From Camelus dromedarius (Eukaryota), in the NCBI RefSeq assembly GCF_036321535.1, contig NC_087447.1, forward strand, positions 49,230,001 through 49,294,000: a DNA stretch of 64,000 nt, read 5' to 3'. Numbering within the stretch: position 1 is the first letter of the stretch; the number at the start of each line of letters is the position of its first letter. Made by a program: the position numbers and the translations under genes. Below the pieces are notes generated by a model. It was not told the DNA's origin, did no database searches, and saw only the letters and a program-made list of their open reading frames with translations. Shown piece after piece: positions 22,579 to 36,791 of this stretch.

Positions 22579-23631
22579 AAAGAATTGAGTAACACAGCTA
22601 TCAAGTAGAGAAGCCAGTAGTCCTGCCCCAAAGCCTTGTTCTTGACCATCCACTATTTTCTATCAGTTGCAAGTGGAGACTCTGATCTGGCAGGAGACAG
22701 AGAGGTAGGGGGCACTCCATATCAGGCTGAGAAAGATGGGTTTATCCTAAGGGTGCTGAGGGGATGGGATGGGCGGGCAGGGTTTTAAGTACGGAAGGCC
22801 ATGGTCAGATTTAAAAGCAGGAAAGTTCCCTCTGGCTCATAGGAAGATGGAGACTGGAGGTGGGGAGGAGGCTGAAACACAGCCCAGGCAGGAGCTGCTA
22901 GTGGCCAGGTCCAGAGCTGTGACAGCAGGATGGGAAGAAGTGGGCCAATTTGAGAAGCAGGTGTTAGGGGAGAGGGAGAGGCGGAGGCAGACAGTGACTG
23001 CTCTCCCTGGCTCATTCTACCCTGTGCATATCAGCCTCCTCTGACAGTTGTCCTTCTGGCCCCCTCCTCCCAAACTGGGGTCCTGAAGGAAGATCCAGGG
23101 GCACAGATCTCCTTTCTGGCCACCAGGAGGCAATGTTACAAAGTCTGCAGGGAGTTAAGGCCCTTGCAGCCAGGGGCAGATACTTGCTCCCCTCTGTCTC
23201 CTCTCCCAGACTCTGCTGTACCCCCCTCCCCCATGTCCTCTCTCTCAGGAGCCAAATTGTTAATACCACAATCTTTCTTGTCCCACACGACACTTTACAA
23301 AAGCAGTTACATCTATTAGCTCATGTGCTCCCTCCCCAAAGACAGGGACAGAATAGAATGAGACCTACTACCACCACTTCATAATAAGGAAACTGAAGAT
23401 CAAGCAGGAAATGGGACCTGACCAATGCCAGCCTCGTTGAGAAGCAGCTGCCCGTGCTCATTCTGCTTCTTGCCTTCCCCATCTGGTGGCAGAGCCAGGA
23501 GGGGCCAGGGGCCACAGGCCACCCACTGCCCAGTCTGGACACTGTGAGAGGGCACAGCCTACAGCTTCCACAGAATAGCTGTTAACAGTAGCCACCTCAT
23601 CAGCCTGTGAACCCCAATTTCATCCTTGAGT

Positions 23632-23676
23632 GCCTTCCCACCTCAGAGGGCCTTCCCACCTCAGAGGGCCTTCCCA
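23632..23676. repeat. 18-bp tandem duplication, 2.5 copies
   Basis: (gccttcccacctcagagg)x2 followed by gccttccca. Confidence 0.9.
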
Positions 23677-26600
23677 GTGATTGATTCCCATGGGGTTGTC
23701 AATGAGGTCAGACTGACCTGGCATGCACCTGATTTACTTCTTCCTCATCCTCTGCTTCCAGAATTACAAGAGTCATCACCATTACCTTCATCACCATTTT
23801 AATAAAGGTTTGCATCTGCTCAGCTCTCAGACTTAGCAAGCACTCATCCATCAACTCATCTAAATCTTAGGACAGCCCTGGGGAGGTATTTCATAGACAA
23901 GCGCACTGAGGATCAGAGCTAGAACGTAGCCAGACTCAGGTCACTCAGCTAGGCCTCCAGGGAGTTTGCAATCTCTTGGGAAAGCTATGCCCATACAGAG
24001 TTGAAGATAGGGTGAGGTGATTGGGTTTAGTGCAGCCCTGCCAAGGGGTTTCCAGTCATCTCTACAGATGAGGAAATTGAGTCTCAGAGACTAACTGGGT
24101 CAGAATTGAATTATCTGATGCCCAAGCTCATGCTCTGTATGGGGCACAGGGCTGCGACTTTCAGGGAGGGGTGCCGAATTTCTAGCAGAGTACATATTCT
24201 CTACAGACTAGAGGGAGAGACTAGTGGGAGGTGGAGGCAGTTGGACCCAGAGGAACTGCTGTTAGGGCAGAAAGGCTTCTCCAGGAAGAAAATGCAGGCA
24301 AAGTTTAAGCTGTAGAGAGCACAGCATGGGCTGTGCAAAGCTGGGTGGGCTGGAGGAGACAGTGGCTGTGCTGAACCAAGGTGGGTAGGGCTGGATGGCC
24401 AAGCTAGACACCCACCTGCCTACAGATCTATGCTTCTCCTCACACAGCTGGGGAATTTTCTGGGTTCTGAATCAGAAGCCATGCCAACAAAGACGGGAAA
24501 GTCCTGAACCCTTGGCACGACATGGTCTGTTTCTCATCTACCAGAGGGAGAAACTGAAGCCTAGGGAGAGACTGTGACTTCTCTGTGGTCAGAACACAGC
24601 AGAGCCTGCCCTTCTCCAGGCCTCAGTCTCCCAGTGTGAAAAAGGGAGGGGTTGAATTATATGAGCTCCAAGTTTCTTCCCATTCTGACCTTCTGAGTAC
24701 CATGTATCCATCCTTGCTGTCCTTGGCTCAGATCCCAGCCCCTGATATATCCTCCACATGTATCCCAGGGCAAGTCACATAGCCTCTCTGAGTGTCAGAG
24801 TCCTCATGGGTGAAATAAATATGACATTGTCTTCCTTGAGCAGATCTAATGAGCCATGAATGGCAGCATGTCAGCATAGCTTGAGGTCTGACTCCCAGGC
24901 AGCATCTGGGGGTGGGGAAGACTGAGACTCTGAATGAGGCTGTTACTTGTCTGCCTGCCCAAGGGCTCATTTATAGATATCCGCTCCTTGGCTGCCAGGC
25001 CAGAGGGAAGTGGGAGCAAAGGTGCTGAAGTGACAGTTTGGAGCCTTTTTCAAGAAGGAGTCCCTGGCTACTTTTTCCCTTCCCCCACCTGCCCCGCCCT
25101 CCTTCTTCTGGGCATCCTCACAACAGTCTTGAGGGTAGGCGCTTTGATGTCACCATCTCCACTGAACAGATAAGAAGACTGAGGCTCAGAGAGGAGACAG
25201 GACCCACAGCAAGGTAGTGACAGAGCTGGGACCAGAATAGAGTTCTCTCCCCTTGTACTCAGATTCAGATTGTTCTACAAAATGAAGTCTCCTATTTTGC
25301 TTGGTTTGCGAAAAGGCATTTCCCTATGTGGGTTGACTTAAAGAGGGGAAGGGCTTGGGTTCTGCAAATGTTCTGGGTTTCACAAGCAGCATCAGACTCA
25401 GTGTAATGCGTGGGACTATGCAAACATCACGGGGCCCTGGAAGCTGCAGGGCTCTGCAAACTGTGCCAGGCTTTGCCAACAGCATGGGACTCTAAAAAGG
25501 CATTAAGCTTTGCAAACTGTGGGAATCCGTAGATGGTGTGATCCACACACATCATGAGGCTCTGTAAAACATCCAGGGCTCAGCAAACACTACACTGGCA
25601 AGTGGCAAAGACAGGTTGCAAACCAGATTGGCTGAACCTCAAGCCTGGGCCACCCTGAGTGGGACCTCATTGCAGGATTAGTCCAAAAGCTGTCTGAGGG
25701 CCTGTTAGCCTAACTCCCAGAAGGTCTCTGGGACTGGGCTCTTGCTCCAATTCCACAGCTGAGTTCAGGAATATTCTTGGATATTGTGATAGGTTATAAA
25801 TGAAGGCCGCTCATGCCTGAGGTTGCTGTATGTTCTGTGCCCTGAGGAGTGCTGTGCATTGTTTTACTCAAAGTTTGATGAAATGAACTTAGCCAGTAAG
25901 CTGGTCCCAGCACGTAACCAGGCCATTCCATGTGCAGAATTTCTGCAGCCTCCTGGGCCAAGATGGGGGGCACATGAGCCTCCAGAAAGTCTAAAGGGAC
26001 CTTATCTCTCTCAACAAAGCACCTGCAATTTGGAGTCTGTCTGGAAGGCTGCACCTTTGCTAGTCTCTGTGAAGACTTGCAGTGCCAACTTTGGTTTGAA
26101 GGATTTAGAGAGAGAGAGCCAATTTGGTTTTCCCAAGCAGGACCAGGGACCCAGCCACCTCTTGACTTTTCTCCAGGCAACAGTCCTACATTTTCATTTC
26201 TGGTTTCTCAGCGATTCGTTCACACTATGAGTATCCATTGAGGGCCTACCTACTATGTGCCAGGCCAATCTGTGATGATTTCAGATACTCCCCACATCCT
26301 TCTAGCATCCCAGAAAGCCACGAGGGCTGATGTATGTCTATCACTGCACCCCCAAAAAGCAGGACTCCAATCCCACATCCTTCTTTCATGCAAGGACTCT
26401 ATTCTTGGAACTGGGTCAGGTTCACTTCTGTATCTTGGATTTGGGGAAACCCAGAAGTCTTCCTCAGAAAATGCAGCCTGGGTAGAGGAAAAGATCTGGT
26501 TCTGGCGTCAGAGGTTCATGGCATGACCCCACCACCTACTAGCTTAGTGGCCTCTGGGCAGTTACTGAGACTCAATGCCTCCTCTGAAAAATGGGGGAAT

Positions 26601-27369
26601 AGTAACAGGCCCACAAGTTCACTGCGAGGACACAACAAGGCCTCCTGTGAAAGTGCTGAGCAAGCCTAAAGAGGTAAACCAGCTCACTTTCCTTTTCACT
26701 GCCTTGTTCTGAGTCCTGCCTCTGCCACTCCCTTCTCTGGTCTCTAGACCTCAGGCTTGGCTTCTTTCTCACACACTGAAGTTGGACAGCAGCCCTTTGA
26801 GTGAGAACTATTCTCCCTTCATTATAGATGAGGCAGCTGAGGCACTAAGAGGTTCAGGGACTTGCCTAAGGCCACGTGATCAGCAAATGACAAGGCTGAA
26901 ATGGGACTCAGGTAGGTCCGTCTGGCTCCAAGACCTCCATCCTCAGTCTTTAGTCCAGAAAACTCTGAGACACTCCTATTTGCCTTTCTGCTGTCCACGC
27001 ACCTCCACTGAGATGGCCTTATTTTATGGAGGTGTTACCGTGAGTCCCTGTCCCCCAACAGATGGTTGTGGCCTGTGGCCGTTGAGTCCTAGTAGGTAGG
27101 GTCCCTCCTTGCCCTGGATGCATTGAATTCAGAGAGGAGATGGGCATTCAGTGAGAGGGGATGAGAGCTTGAAGGGGACAGAGGCTCAGTGAAGGAGATC
27201 ATTGGGGAAAAGGGCTTTGCATGGGGCTCATGGAGGGTGAAAAATACCTGTGACTGGGACAAGAGTTTGGTGGGGGAGGAGGCTCAGAGCAAGAATGAGG
27301 GTGCAGAAAACAGACTGGAAAATCAGGAATGAATGACTCCAGGGCTGGGAGGGGCTGGCGTGTCAACAT

Positions 27370-27859
27370 TCCCTCTGCCCGCCCCCCCCCCCCCACCTCT
27401 TCACTGCTGGGAAGAGAAAATATCCAAGGGAAATGCCAAACAAAGAGGCTGGGAAGGAGCAGGCTGAGGGGAGGCTAGTCAGCAGCCTCCTCCCATCAGT
27501 GGGGCTGGATCTAAACAAACCCAGCCTCCTCCACAAGTCTGGCCCTGGGCTGCCCCAGCCAGACATCAGAGGAATTCAGAGAGAGAGGAAACAAGTGACT
27601 AAGGGAGCTAGGCACTTGGAGAGTGGGATCAAGATTGAGCAGGACTTCTTAACTCATACCTGGAAGAGGTGGCTACTGTCCAGTGTGGCCCAAGAAGCAT
27701 CGATCAACTCAGTGCGTGGAGTCCCCACGTTGGAGCATCCCTGCTTGGAAACCAGCTGCTGTCTCCAAGAGCCCCCAATAAGTTCTCACTCCTTCTCCCC
27801 TGCTCAACTCTAGTCCTGAGATTGAAATAGGGGCTGAAACTCACTGCATCCCGGAAGTC
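27370..27859 (+). promoter_or_regulatory. SLCO2B1: Probable SLCO2B1 proximal promoter and 5'UTR of the ATG-containing first exon (TSS not determined)
   Basis: Directly upstream of the start codon. GC-box/poly-C gcccgccccc at ~27377, forkhead-like TAAACAAAC at ~27511, ETS motif CCGGAAGT at 27851. Motif-level evidence only. Confidence 0.45.
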
Positions 27860-27875
27860 ATGGGACCCAGGATAG
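27860..27875 (+). CDS. SLCO2B1: SLCO2B1 coding exon 1 (MGPRI/G)
   Basis: ATG GGA CCC AGG ATA G|gtaagt; matches the human N-terminus MGPRIG and phase matches exon 2. Confidence 0.9.
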
Positions 27876-28440
27876 GTAAGTCACCACAAAGTCAGGAAGG
27901 GACATTGGGAGGGAGTCTGGGGGCCACATTGCCAGTGCAAAAGGTGAAGCTGCAGAGCTAACATGTGTGTGCTGGGATGGGCGGGGAATGGGGGAAATGG
28001 CTTGCAGTTTTCTACACAGAGCCAGGCATATGGCCGGACCTAGTGAGGGTGTGTGGAATGAATGAGTGAATAAGCAGAGGGTCAGGAAGGGACACTGTTT
28101 ACTCAGCTGGAGGCAGAGAACCCAGCCTAACCTCCCTGGTGAAACAGAGAAACTGAAAGGGTGACGGAAAGGGGCCCCCCGACTGCTCACAGAGCCCTGT
28201 TCACCCTCTGAAGCAGGCAAAGATAGAGACAGAAAAGAAGACAAAAACAGAGATACGGAGCAGTGAAATCAGAAACAGAGCAAGTCCAGAGACACAGAGT
28301 CAGACATAGGCTGAGACAGAAGGCCAGAGAGAGACAGCGGGAGACAAAGATCAACAGGTGTCAGCTGGAGTGTGCAGGGGCAGGGGCCACCAGCCTGGGA
28401 GAGGGCTGCAGAGGAGACCCAGAGAAACAGAGAAGTGGAG

Positions 28441-28468
28441 ACACACACACACACACACACACAAACAC

Positions 28469-28512
<44 letters not shown>
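28441..28512. repeat. Compound (CA)n(GA)n microsatellite
   Basis: acacacac...agagagag with a few interruptions. Confidence 0.95.
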
Positions 28513-28513
<1 letters not shown>

Positions 28514-31500
28514 ATCAGACAGAGACAGATACAGGGGAAAGACAGGCCTGCAGACAGAGAATCAGAAAGATCAACACAGAAAAGAAGTGGATTCAGAGAA
28601 ATACCTGCAGAGACCTACATGTGCTTGTTGGCGGTGGGGTGGGAGGAGGCGGGAGCGGAGTTGTCTTGAAGCCTTGAGAAGCCAAGCTGGAGTGTGACCC
28701 AAGCACCATGTGGGGACGGCAGCCATTCTGGGAACAGAGCGCCCAGCTGAGCATTTCTTGGGCAGGAGGAGGGAGGTGGAGAAAACAAAGGGTCTTCAGA
28801 TAGAGTGGCCCTCAAGCTGGAAGCCCTGTGGGGATCACCTCTGGCTTCCCTCCAGCTATCTGTGTGCCTCACTCCCACTCAGGCAAGGCCAGACTCGCAT
28901 CTGGAGCGCAGTGTGTGGGTTTCCTGGGCTGAGCAGGCAGACATGGCTGTGCTGCAGTCATGGCTTGAGGACCATGGTATGGAAGGAAGGGTGGGATGGA
29001 TGCTTCCTCTGGGGGCCTCACAGGAGAGATGACAATGAGGTAAGATATGGGTGGGTTGGTTTGAAGATGGGCAACTGATAAACCAAACTCCCAATCAGCC
29101 TTAGTGTGCTATGGGATTGGAGGGTTGGTGATCCTACAGGAATGGGAAGAAACTAATGACTCTGGCTATACTGTGCCTGTCCCCCAGCTGTGATTCTCAT
29201 CCCTGCATGGCTCAGCTCTGGAATATTCTCTAGCTGCTCCTCCACCTCCCACACATACAGCAGGAGGCTGACCCCAGCATCTGCTCAATGAGCCACCAGA
29301 AGCCACCTGTGACCTCCCTTCCTGAGCCTCAGTCTGAGCTGTGGCCAGGATTTCCCACCACACCCCATGCTCTCTTTCTGGTCTGAGGGATGTTGGGGTA
29401 AGATGAGGCAGGATATAGAGCCTGGAGCCTGGGAAAAGACCAGTGCCTGAGGAAGAGGGGCCAGCTGTCCTAGCCAGGGACCCACATCAGAAAGAGAGAG
29501 GAGTCAGGGTCAGATCTAGCCTTCAGCCATGCCCCACCACCAACTCACCACATGCCTTTAAGCAACAAGCAGAGCTTCCCTGTCTGTGAGGGCGGGGCTT
29601 GAGAAAATGATCTCCCCAGGCCATTCCCATTTTGAGATTCCCAGTAGCCCCTTCCCTACCTCTGCACCTTTGCTCAGCTTTATCTTCACCAAGAAGGCAC
29701 CTACCCACATCCCATTCTGATGACATTTGTCCTGTTTTCTAACTCTTTCAAACACCAACTCTTCTAGGGAGCCTTTCAGACTGATTCTCCCAGCTGGAAA
29801 TAACCGCTCTCATATGCTGTTGACCTTCTCTTTGTTCATCCTTCCTTGTTCCTGGTGTATCTACTGCTCACTCCAGTCCTAGGGTCAAATTTGGGCCAAC
29901 CCAGGGCAGGGAGGTGGGGGAAGGGAAAGAACCAGCAGCCCTAGGTTTAAATTGCAGCACTGCATCACTAGTTTTATAAGAATGCAGTGACATGCCCTCA
30001 CTCTTTAATACATGAGGAAACAGATGCTCAGAGAGGGCAAGTGACTCGTCCAAGGTCACCCAGCAATCAAGCAACAGAGTGGAGGCAAGAACCCAGGTCT
30101 GTCTGATGCCAAAGCCCTTTCCTGTCTGTGCCATTAACCTTGGGGCTTCCTCTTCCCTCTCAAACACCCCATGCCGGTGAGCCTCCACCCACTTTGGGTA
30201 CTTCTCCACTGATTTCAGACAAAGTAAGTTTTTCTCCGGGAGCTAATGACTAGCGAGTGGGCAGGAGATGAGAGCTATTTCCTCCCAGGCTGGGCCTTAC
30301 CCGCTGAGCCAGATCTCAGGCTGCTGGGAACCAGATGGCAAGCTTGCCTAGACTCCACAACTGGGTGCCAGATATCCAGTGCCCAGTCTGCTTCAGTCCC
30401 TTTCCAGGACTCACTTTCTCCATCTGGGCAGTAGATGGTGGGAGTCTGCTGAGGTGGTCACTTGGACCCTTCCTGTGCTGAGAAGCTCAGTTTTCTGTCT
30501 CTGGAGGGAGCAATGGAGCAGCAGTTTCTCTGTAGGGACAGGCTTGCTACCCTGGATGTGGAGAGGAGGTAAATTTGGTTTCTGTTACCTATCCTGGGCT
30601 GCAGCCCAGAGCCCTAAGCACTAATGCTTGAAGTGATGGAGAACAATGCCCGCCTTACCAGACTGGGAGCTCCCTGGGGATGGGGTCCAATCTGATCCAT
30701 TCCTGAGGCCCCAGATCTTGGCAGAAGCTGGGCAGAGTCAGGATATTGGGGAAGTATCAGTACAGAAGCTGCCCTCCTTCCTCCCCCTCCCTCCCCATGA
30801 CATTCCTTCCCTCCCTCCAACCTGCTTTGAAATCCTACTCTTATTGAAAACTGGAGACTCAGGATAAGGAGTGAGGTGGGATACAGTGGGGCCCTTGGGG
30901 AGTAAATGTAAGCACAGAAAGAAATAAACTGGGGCTAGTGGTTGGGGGAGGCAGTGTGGTGGGGGCCAATAGTCATATTATCTCTGAACCTCAGGCTGTG
31001 TTTTGGGCCTGAGGAGGCTGGCTTGAATTCCCTGTGGGCTCAGGGCTCACCCTTCACCACTATTTTTAGAGTCATCTTGGGTCTAGATGGGGTAGTCAGG
31101 GCCAGAATCGGGAATAGAAAGCCCCAGTGCAGGGTCCTTGACCCAGCTTGGAAACCACCAGAGAGCAACAGCTGGAGGCCTGCAACAACTGGACCTCAAG
31201 CATGTTACTGTCCTCTCAACAGACCACCCAAGGGTTCTGCTGGGAGGAATTTCCCAAAGATGACAGCCAAGCCCAAAGCCCAAGACCTCCCCACATTCCT
31301 GCCTTTGACTCTTCCCCTTCCAGAAGCCCCACAGGGTCACACTGGGAACTGGAGCCCCCAGGGCCCTCACATGGCCCCCATCCAACCAGGACCATGCTGT
31401 AGCCTCTGCTTCTCCAGACCCCCACACTCTGGCTTTCTCTTCTCCCTCATTCAGTTTAACAGAATTCAACAATCATGTCCTTAAGCTGGGCCAGGACTTG

Positions 31501-33617
31501 AAAGATGAGAAGTAGTTTTCTGGGAAGATCGGACATTCCAGGCTGAGGGTACAGCGTGTGCAAAGGCTAAGAGGTGGAAAAGGACAGATGGATTTGGGGA
31601 ATGGCAAGCATCTACTGGGGCCGGGGAATAATGTTCATTAGGGTGGCCTTGACCTCTTGGAGGCTGAGGTGCCTGTACCCATGTGCTGCAGATGGGGTGA
31701 GGAGGGAGGAAGGGGCTCACCGTTGTTGAGGACCGTGGTGTACCTGGCAGGGCATTTTCCTTTACTCCTACCAAAAATGCTATATGAGACTATAAGGGTC
31801 TCAGAGAAGGAAGCTGAGGCTTAGAGAGGTTAAATAAACTGCCCAAGGTCACAACCACAATGTGCCAAAACAAATATTTGAATTCAAAGTCTTCTGGCCC
31901 AGAGGGTTTCAACAGGGAACTGATGGGGGGGGGGGGCATCAGGACCCAGGAGAGAACAGCCTCTGCCCGGGGAAGTCCACTGGCTAATCAGGCAGATAAG
32001 ATGGGAACATACATAATGCAGGAGAGTGACCAGCCTCGCATCCCAGAGAAAGGGCTGAGGGAACTGGACCAGGAGGGGCAGGGGAGGTTTATGGAGGGGG
32101 AGACAGCTGGCGTGGGCTGCAGGAGCTAGGCAGGGGAGCCAGCAGGCTGAGGGAGCCCAGGGCAATCTAGGAGGTAGGAAGGGCTGGAGGCAGGGGTGGG
32201 TCATGACGCTGGCTGCCTCCCACCCCAACACCTCCAGAGAGAAGTATCTGCCATCATTGTGACAGATGGATTGCCCAAGGTCTGCTGCTGGGAATATTTC
32301 CCTTCCTAGTTTCGGGCTGCAGGTGTGTGAGTACTGGAGGTTGGTAGGTTTTCCAGAAACATCTTGGCTCCTTTGTGACACTGCACTGCCCCCTCAACCT
32401 TGGTACCTGAACATAGTTCTAGGATGGGTTCCTTCTTTTGTTCTATTCTCCTCAGTAAGGGCATATGGTAATGGTGTCTCACTCTCAAAAGGAAGTTTGC
32501 CCTTCTCACCACACATGCTTTCCAGACTGAAAGCCAGAGGTCTGGCTTTAGCCCATATCCTCTCCTGGGCTCTCCTGGAGTCCGTGGCCTCCTAGGTGTC
32601 TCCTTCTGGGAAACCCCCTGCCAGCCCAAACTCACCACATCCAAGACTGAGCTCACCATCACCCTATAATCCTGCCCTCAACGGTGGTCACCCAGAGCAA
32701 AAGCTGCACCTCTCCCCACTCCCTACCCACCAGGACGCCTTGGCTTCCTGTGCTCCCCACCCACCTGATTTTCCACCAAGTCCTGTCCATCCCACCTCCC
32801 CAAGTGGTGCATCAGCTCATTACATCGCCACTGCCACTACCTGGCCCAGGTCCCATTATCACTTGCTCCTCTGGACCCCACTCCTGCCTTCTCCCTGGCC
32901 CCTAAATTCTCCACTCTCCCCACACAGGCACAGAGGTCTTCCTAGGACGCCAAGTCAGATCTCATCACTGGGCTCAGGAAAAAGCCCAACCCTCCAGCTT
33001 GGCGTTCAAAGGTGGTCATAGCCTGGCTCCTCCAACCACAGCAGCCTCATCTCCCCATCTTGACTCCAGTGCTTTAGTCTTGCCAGACTATTTGTTCCCT
33101 GAGCAGTCTTCGCACTTTCATACTTCTGCCCTTTACTCTGATGTTTCTTCCTCCAGAAAGACTTCCAGAACATTCCAACGTAGACTAGGGCCTCTCTGCT
33201 ATGTTTCTGTAGTCTTGGAACTCATGTCACACAGTGAACATATGTCATTGTGATTCAGTGCTAGATACACCCCACACACACACCCCCCTTAGGAACTCCC
33301 TGAAAGTGGAGACCTAGGCTGCTTGCTTCCGGGCCCCCAGCCACCACCTCCCAGAGCTGTTAATATGTATGGAAACAATCTTCAGTCTAACTCCTAGAAC
33401 CAGCAGAAATCAGCTCTGTCCCCGCCATGGTGACCCTGGGTGAGTCATCATGGACCCTTTCTGGCCTAGTTGCCTCACCCATCAGAGGGTTAATCCAGCC
33501 CTGTCTTCCTGTCCAGCAGATTCCTCAGGCCCAGGGTTGCTGTGGGTCATAGATGGGAAAGCCCACAGGCAGGTGAGAAGTGTCCTGGAGCCAGCCAGGT
33601 GGGCCCAAAGAGGCTCC

Positions 33618-33868
33618 AACAGGGCAAACTGCCACATGCAGGCGCAGCATCTTGGACCAGCTGAATGTTTCCATATGGGAATGTGGGCCCAGTGTTGCCA
33701 GATCTGCTAATCCTTCAAGAAAAAAACAAAAATCAGGAGTTTTGTGTGAAATTTCCTGATTTTTGAATGCTGGCAACTAACTTAAAAACACTTGGCTAGC
33801 CAGCATTGTGCAAGCCCTTCAAAATGTCTAGGAGCCAGATGTGCCCCCAGGCAGGACTGCCATGCCCT
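33618..33868. mobile_element. MER102-like hAT DNA transposon remnant
   Basis: gaatgtgggcccagtgttgccagatct...tgtgaaatttcctgatttt block with CAGGG...CCCTG ends. Confidence 0.6.
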
Positions 33869-36633
33869 GAACAACTCCAAAGGGCGCCATTCACCTCATG
33901 GCACACAGCTCACACAGCTGCACATGGGGCCTTTGGCCAGGGCCCCACAGTTGTAATCTCTGCCTTGTAGTCTCTCTCTGCCGGAATGCCAGGATGCCAG
34001 GATGGCCTTGGCAAAGCACATGTGAGTAGCAGGTGTAAGGGAGAGGCCTTTCCTTCTCTCACACAGGGGAATTATTAAAAAAGAACCAAAAAGTTCTTAG
34101 AATGCAGCTGGTGGGGACGGGATGGGGAGCAAGAACAAGGAGACAGCAAAGGGAAGCTTCCAGAAGGGTCTGTGCCTCTTCAGAGATCAAGAGGAGATGA
34201 GAGAGTAATGCTAGGGCTGAGTCTCCCACAGGAGGACTGGTGACCAGGCCTGGAACTAGACTCCCTGGTGAGTCTGGGACAAACTTGACAGAGGATGTTA
34301 TCCCAAGTGACCCTCGTGCAGGCTTGAGAGGAGAGGCTCATTATTCCTATTTTGCAGAGGCTCAGAGAGGTCTAATTGCTGGCCCAAGGCCACATTGGGT
34401 CTAAATGATCCCAGATCTTGCTCTCTCTGCTGAGGGTTCTGGAGAGAATGTGCAATTTTCTTGTTCTTCCTTGGTCAAGCCCTCCTCCTCCAGCCTCAGG
34501 TTGTGAGAACTTGCCCAGGATCCCTGGGGATTTCTTAACACATCTCTCCTAAAAGTTCATATCTGGGCCTTGGTTATGAGTCCTGAACTTGTACCTTACT
34601 CGAGTCCCTCTCACTGGGGGCCACATGTCCTTCTCACCACGTTTCTCCATCCAGCCTTGCTCTGACAGTGTTCTCTTGAGAACCTCAAACTGACTGACTG
34701 ACTTACCAGCTACAAAATCAGCTGGTAGAATGGCTGACTGTTCACATACAACCACCTTTGACAATTCACTGGAGGGAAGCCAGGCCAGAAAAAGAAATAG
34801 CTTACATGGAGATTATTTTCCACTTGTTCTGAGGCCATTTTTGGCAGCCACCATCTTGTAGTTACTGTTGGGGGCCCAGGAGTCAGGCAGATCTGAGTTC
34901 TGGTCCAAGCTTTGCCACTTAGAAGCCCCAGCACCGGGATAAGTCCCTTCCCCTCTCTGTGCTTCAGTTTCATCATCTGTGTCATGGAGTCACAGAAGTT
35001 ACCTCAACAGTTTGCTAGGAGGATGGGTGAGTGTGCCCAGCTCAGTCCAGCACACAATGTTGCTCTGTCTGTCTGTCTATCCATCTGTGGTAGCCCCAGG
35101 ACAAACTTCTCCATTGGGCCAGCTTTCTGACTGCCTCCCCAGCTCTCCATGGTTGAACTTCTTCTAGTTCTCAGGTTCTAGATGCAGCAATGTTCCCTGC
35201 TGTCCCAAAGCAAGTGTGGAGGCAGGCAGGGTGTTTGTAGCAGGACAGACAACTGACAGAGGGACTACCTGATAGGGAAGAAAACAACGTTCACTGTACA
35301 CCTACTATGCATCGTGTCAGTGCGGGCTCCCCACACATCACTGAGACAACTTGTTGATAAGACAAAGTCTATTATTTATGGTGACAAGGGACAACACCAC
35401 TTCTCAAAGCTTTGGTTATGTGTCAGAGTTGGGAGGAAAGGTCAATATTTGTTGAGCATTTGAAAGTTTGTTTTAAGGCCAGTTTGTCAGTGCAGGGAGG
35501 GAGGTGAGTGAGGGAGGCTTGACCGGGATTGGGTAAAAATCGTGATAAAACAATCCAGCGTTTGGTGGTAGAAACAGCAAGATGAGGACTTGAAGGGGAG
35601 AGATTAGAAGAATCTGAGGTGCACACTCTGTTGCCGGTTTCCCTTGAAAAGTTGCTCAGTCCTTCCAGAATTTCCTGAAATGAACAATCAAGGGATTTGC
35701 TGGGGCTAGTCTGTCTAAGAAGAGTAAGAAGGAAAATGAAGACAGCGGAGTAGCAAAGCCAAGTTTCAAGTGGTTGGTAAGGTGTGGTTTGGGGTTTTTA
35801 GTGTCCAGGCTGAATGTGGGTGAAAGGTTCTGGTTCTCAGTGAGTGCTTTGTGCAGTGGGATGTAGAGATTACCATTCCTGCAATAAGGATGAGAAAGCC
35901 AGAGGGCTGCTGATCTAAGGCCACATAGATGGATTGCAGCCGAGGGATTCAAACCCGGGCACTTACCTCTAACAGCTAGTGAGGGTACAGGGGAAGGGGT
36001 CCAGGTCCTCAGATCTGTAGATGACTGGGGCTTACATAAGACAGGGAGAAATAATCCAGAGACAGAATGATGATGTTGTCAGAGGGAGGTGTTTAACGTG
36101 GAGGAGCCAGGTGTGCATGGAAGGAAATGGATTCATTTGGACCTCGTGACCTCAGAGGTGCTTGAAGATTATCCGGAAAGGGGATGGCAGTGGCCCTCAG
36201 GGGGCCTCCTGTGTGCCAGGCCTGAACCAGGTGCTTGAGATGGCTTACTTCTTTGAGGTAAATGCTGTATCTGCACTTTACAGAGGAAACAGGCTCAGAA
36301 AGATAAAGGGGCACATCCAGGCTCACACAGGGACCAGTGAGCAGGCTGGGGTTCAGACCCAGGTCTGAGGGCTCTTAAACCTACACCCAGCCCCATATCT
36401 GCCCATATTTGCTGCTTATAGCTGGGAGGTGGCTGGAGGAGGCAGGCCTCTGAGCCTTGACAGGAAAGAACAGGCAAAGAAAAGCAGCCCTCCCTGTCAG
36501 GCTGCTCTCTGAATCTTGCCCCTTACCCTCCGCACTCAGATTCCTGGCCATGGAGGGGTTAGCTAGAGGGAGACCTGCCTTGCAGACCTCTGGAGTCTGA
36601 ACTAAAGTCCCTGGCTGACAGACTTTCAGGTTA

Positions 36634-36791
36634 CTTTTCTTTTTTTTAATTTATTTTTTATTTGTGATTTACTTATTTGAGGGGGTATAATTAGGTTTAT
36701 TTATTTATTTATTTTTAGTAGAGTTACTGGGGATTGAACCCAGGACCTCATGCATGCTAAGCAAACACTGTACCACTGAGCACACACTCTC
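36634..36791 (-). mobile_element. tRNA-derived SINE, Vic-1-like
   Basis: Poly-T, taattaggtttatttattt, tactggggattgaacccaggacctcatgcatgctaagc...taccactgagc. Confidence 0.85.

Noticed and set aside
28263..28697. 144-aa ORF with THTH/ERER runs
   Set aside because: Translation of the (CA)n(GA)n microsatellite and purine-rich flanks.
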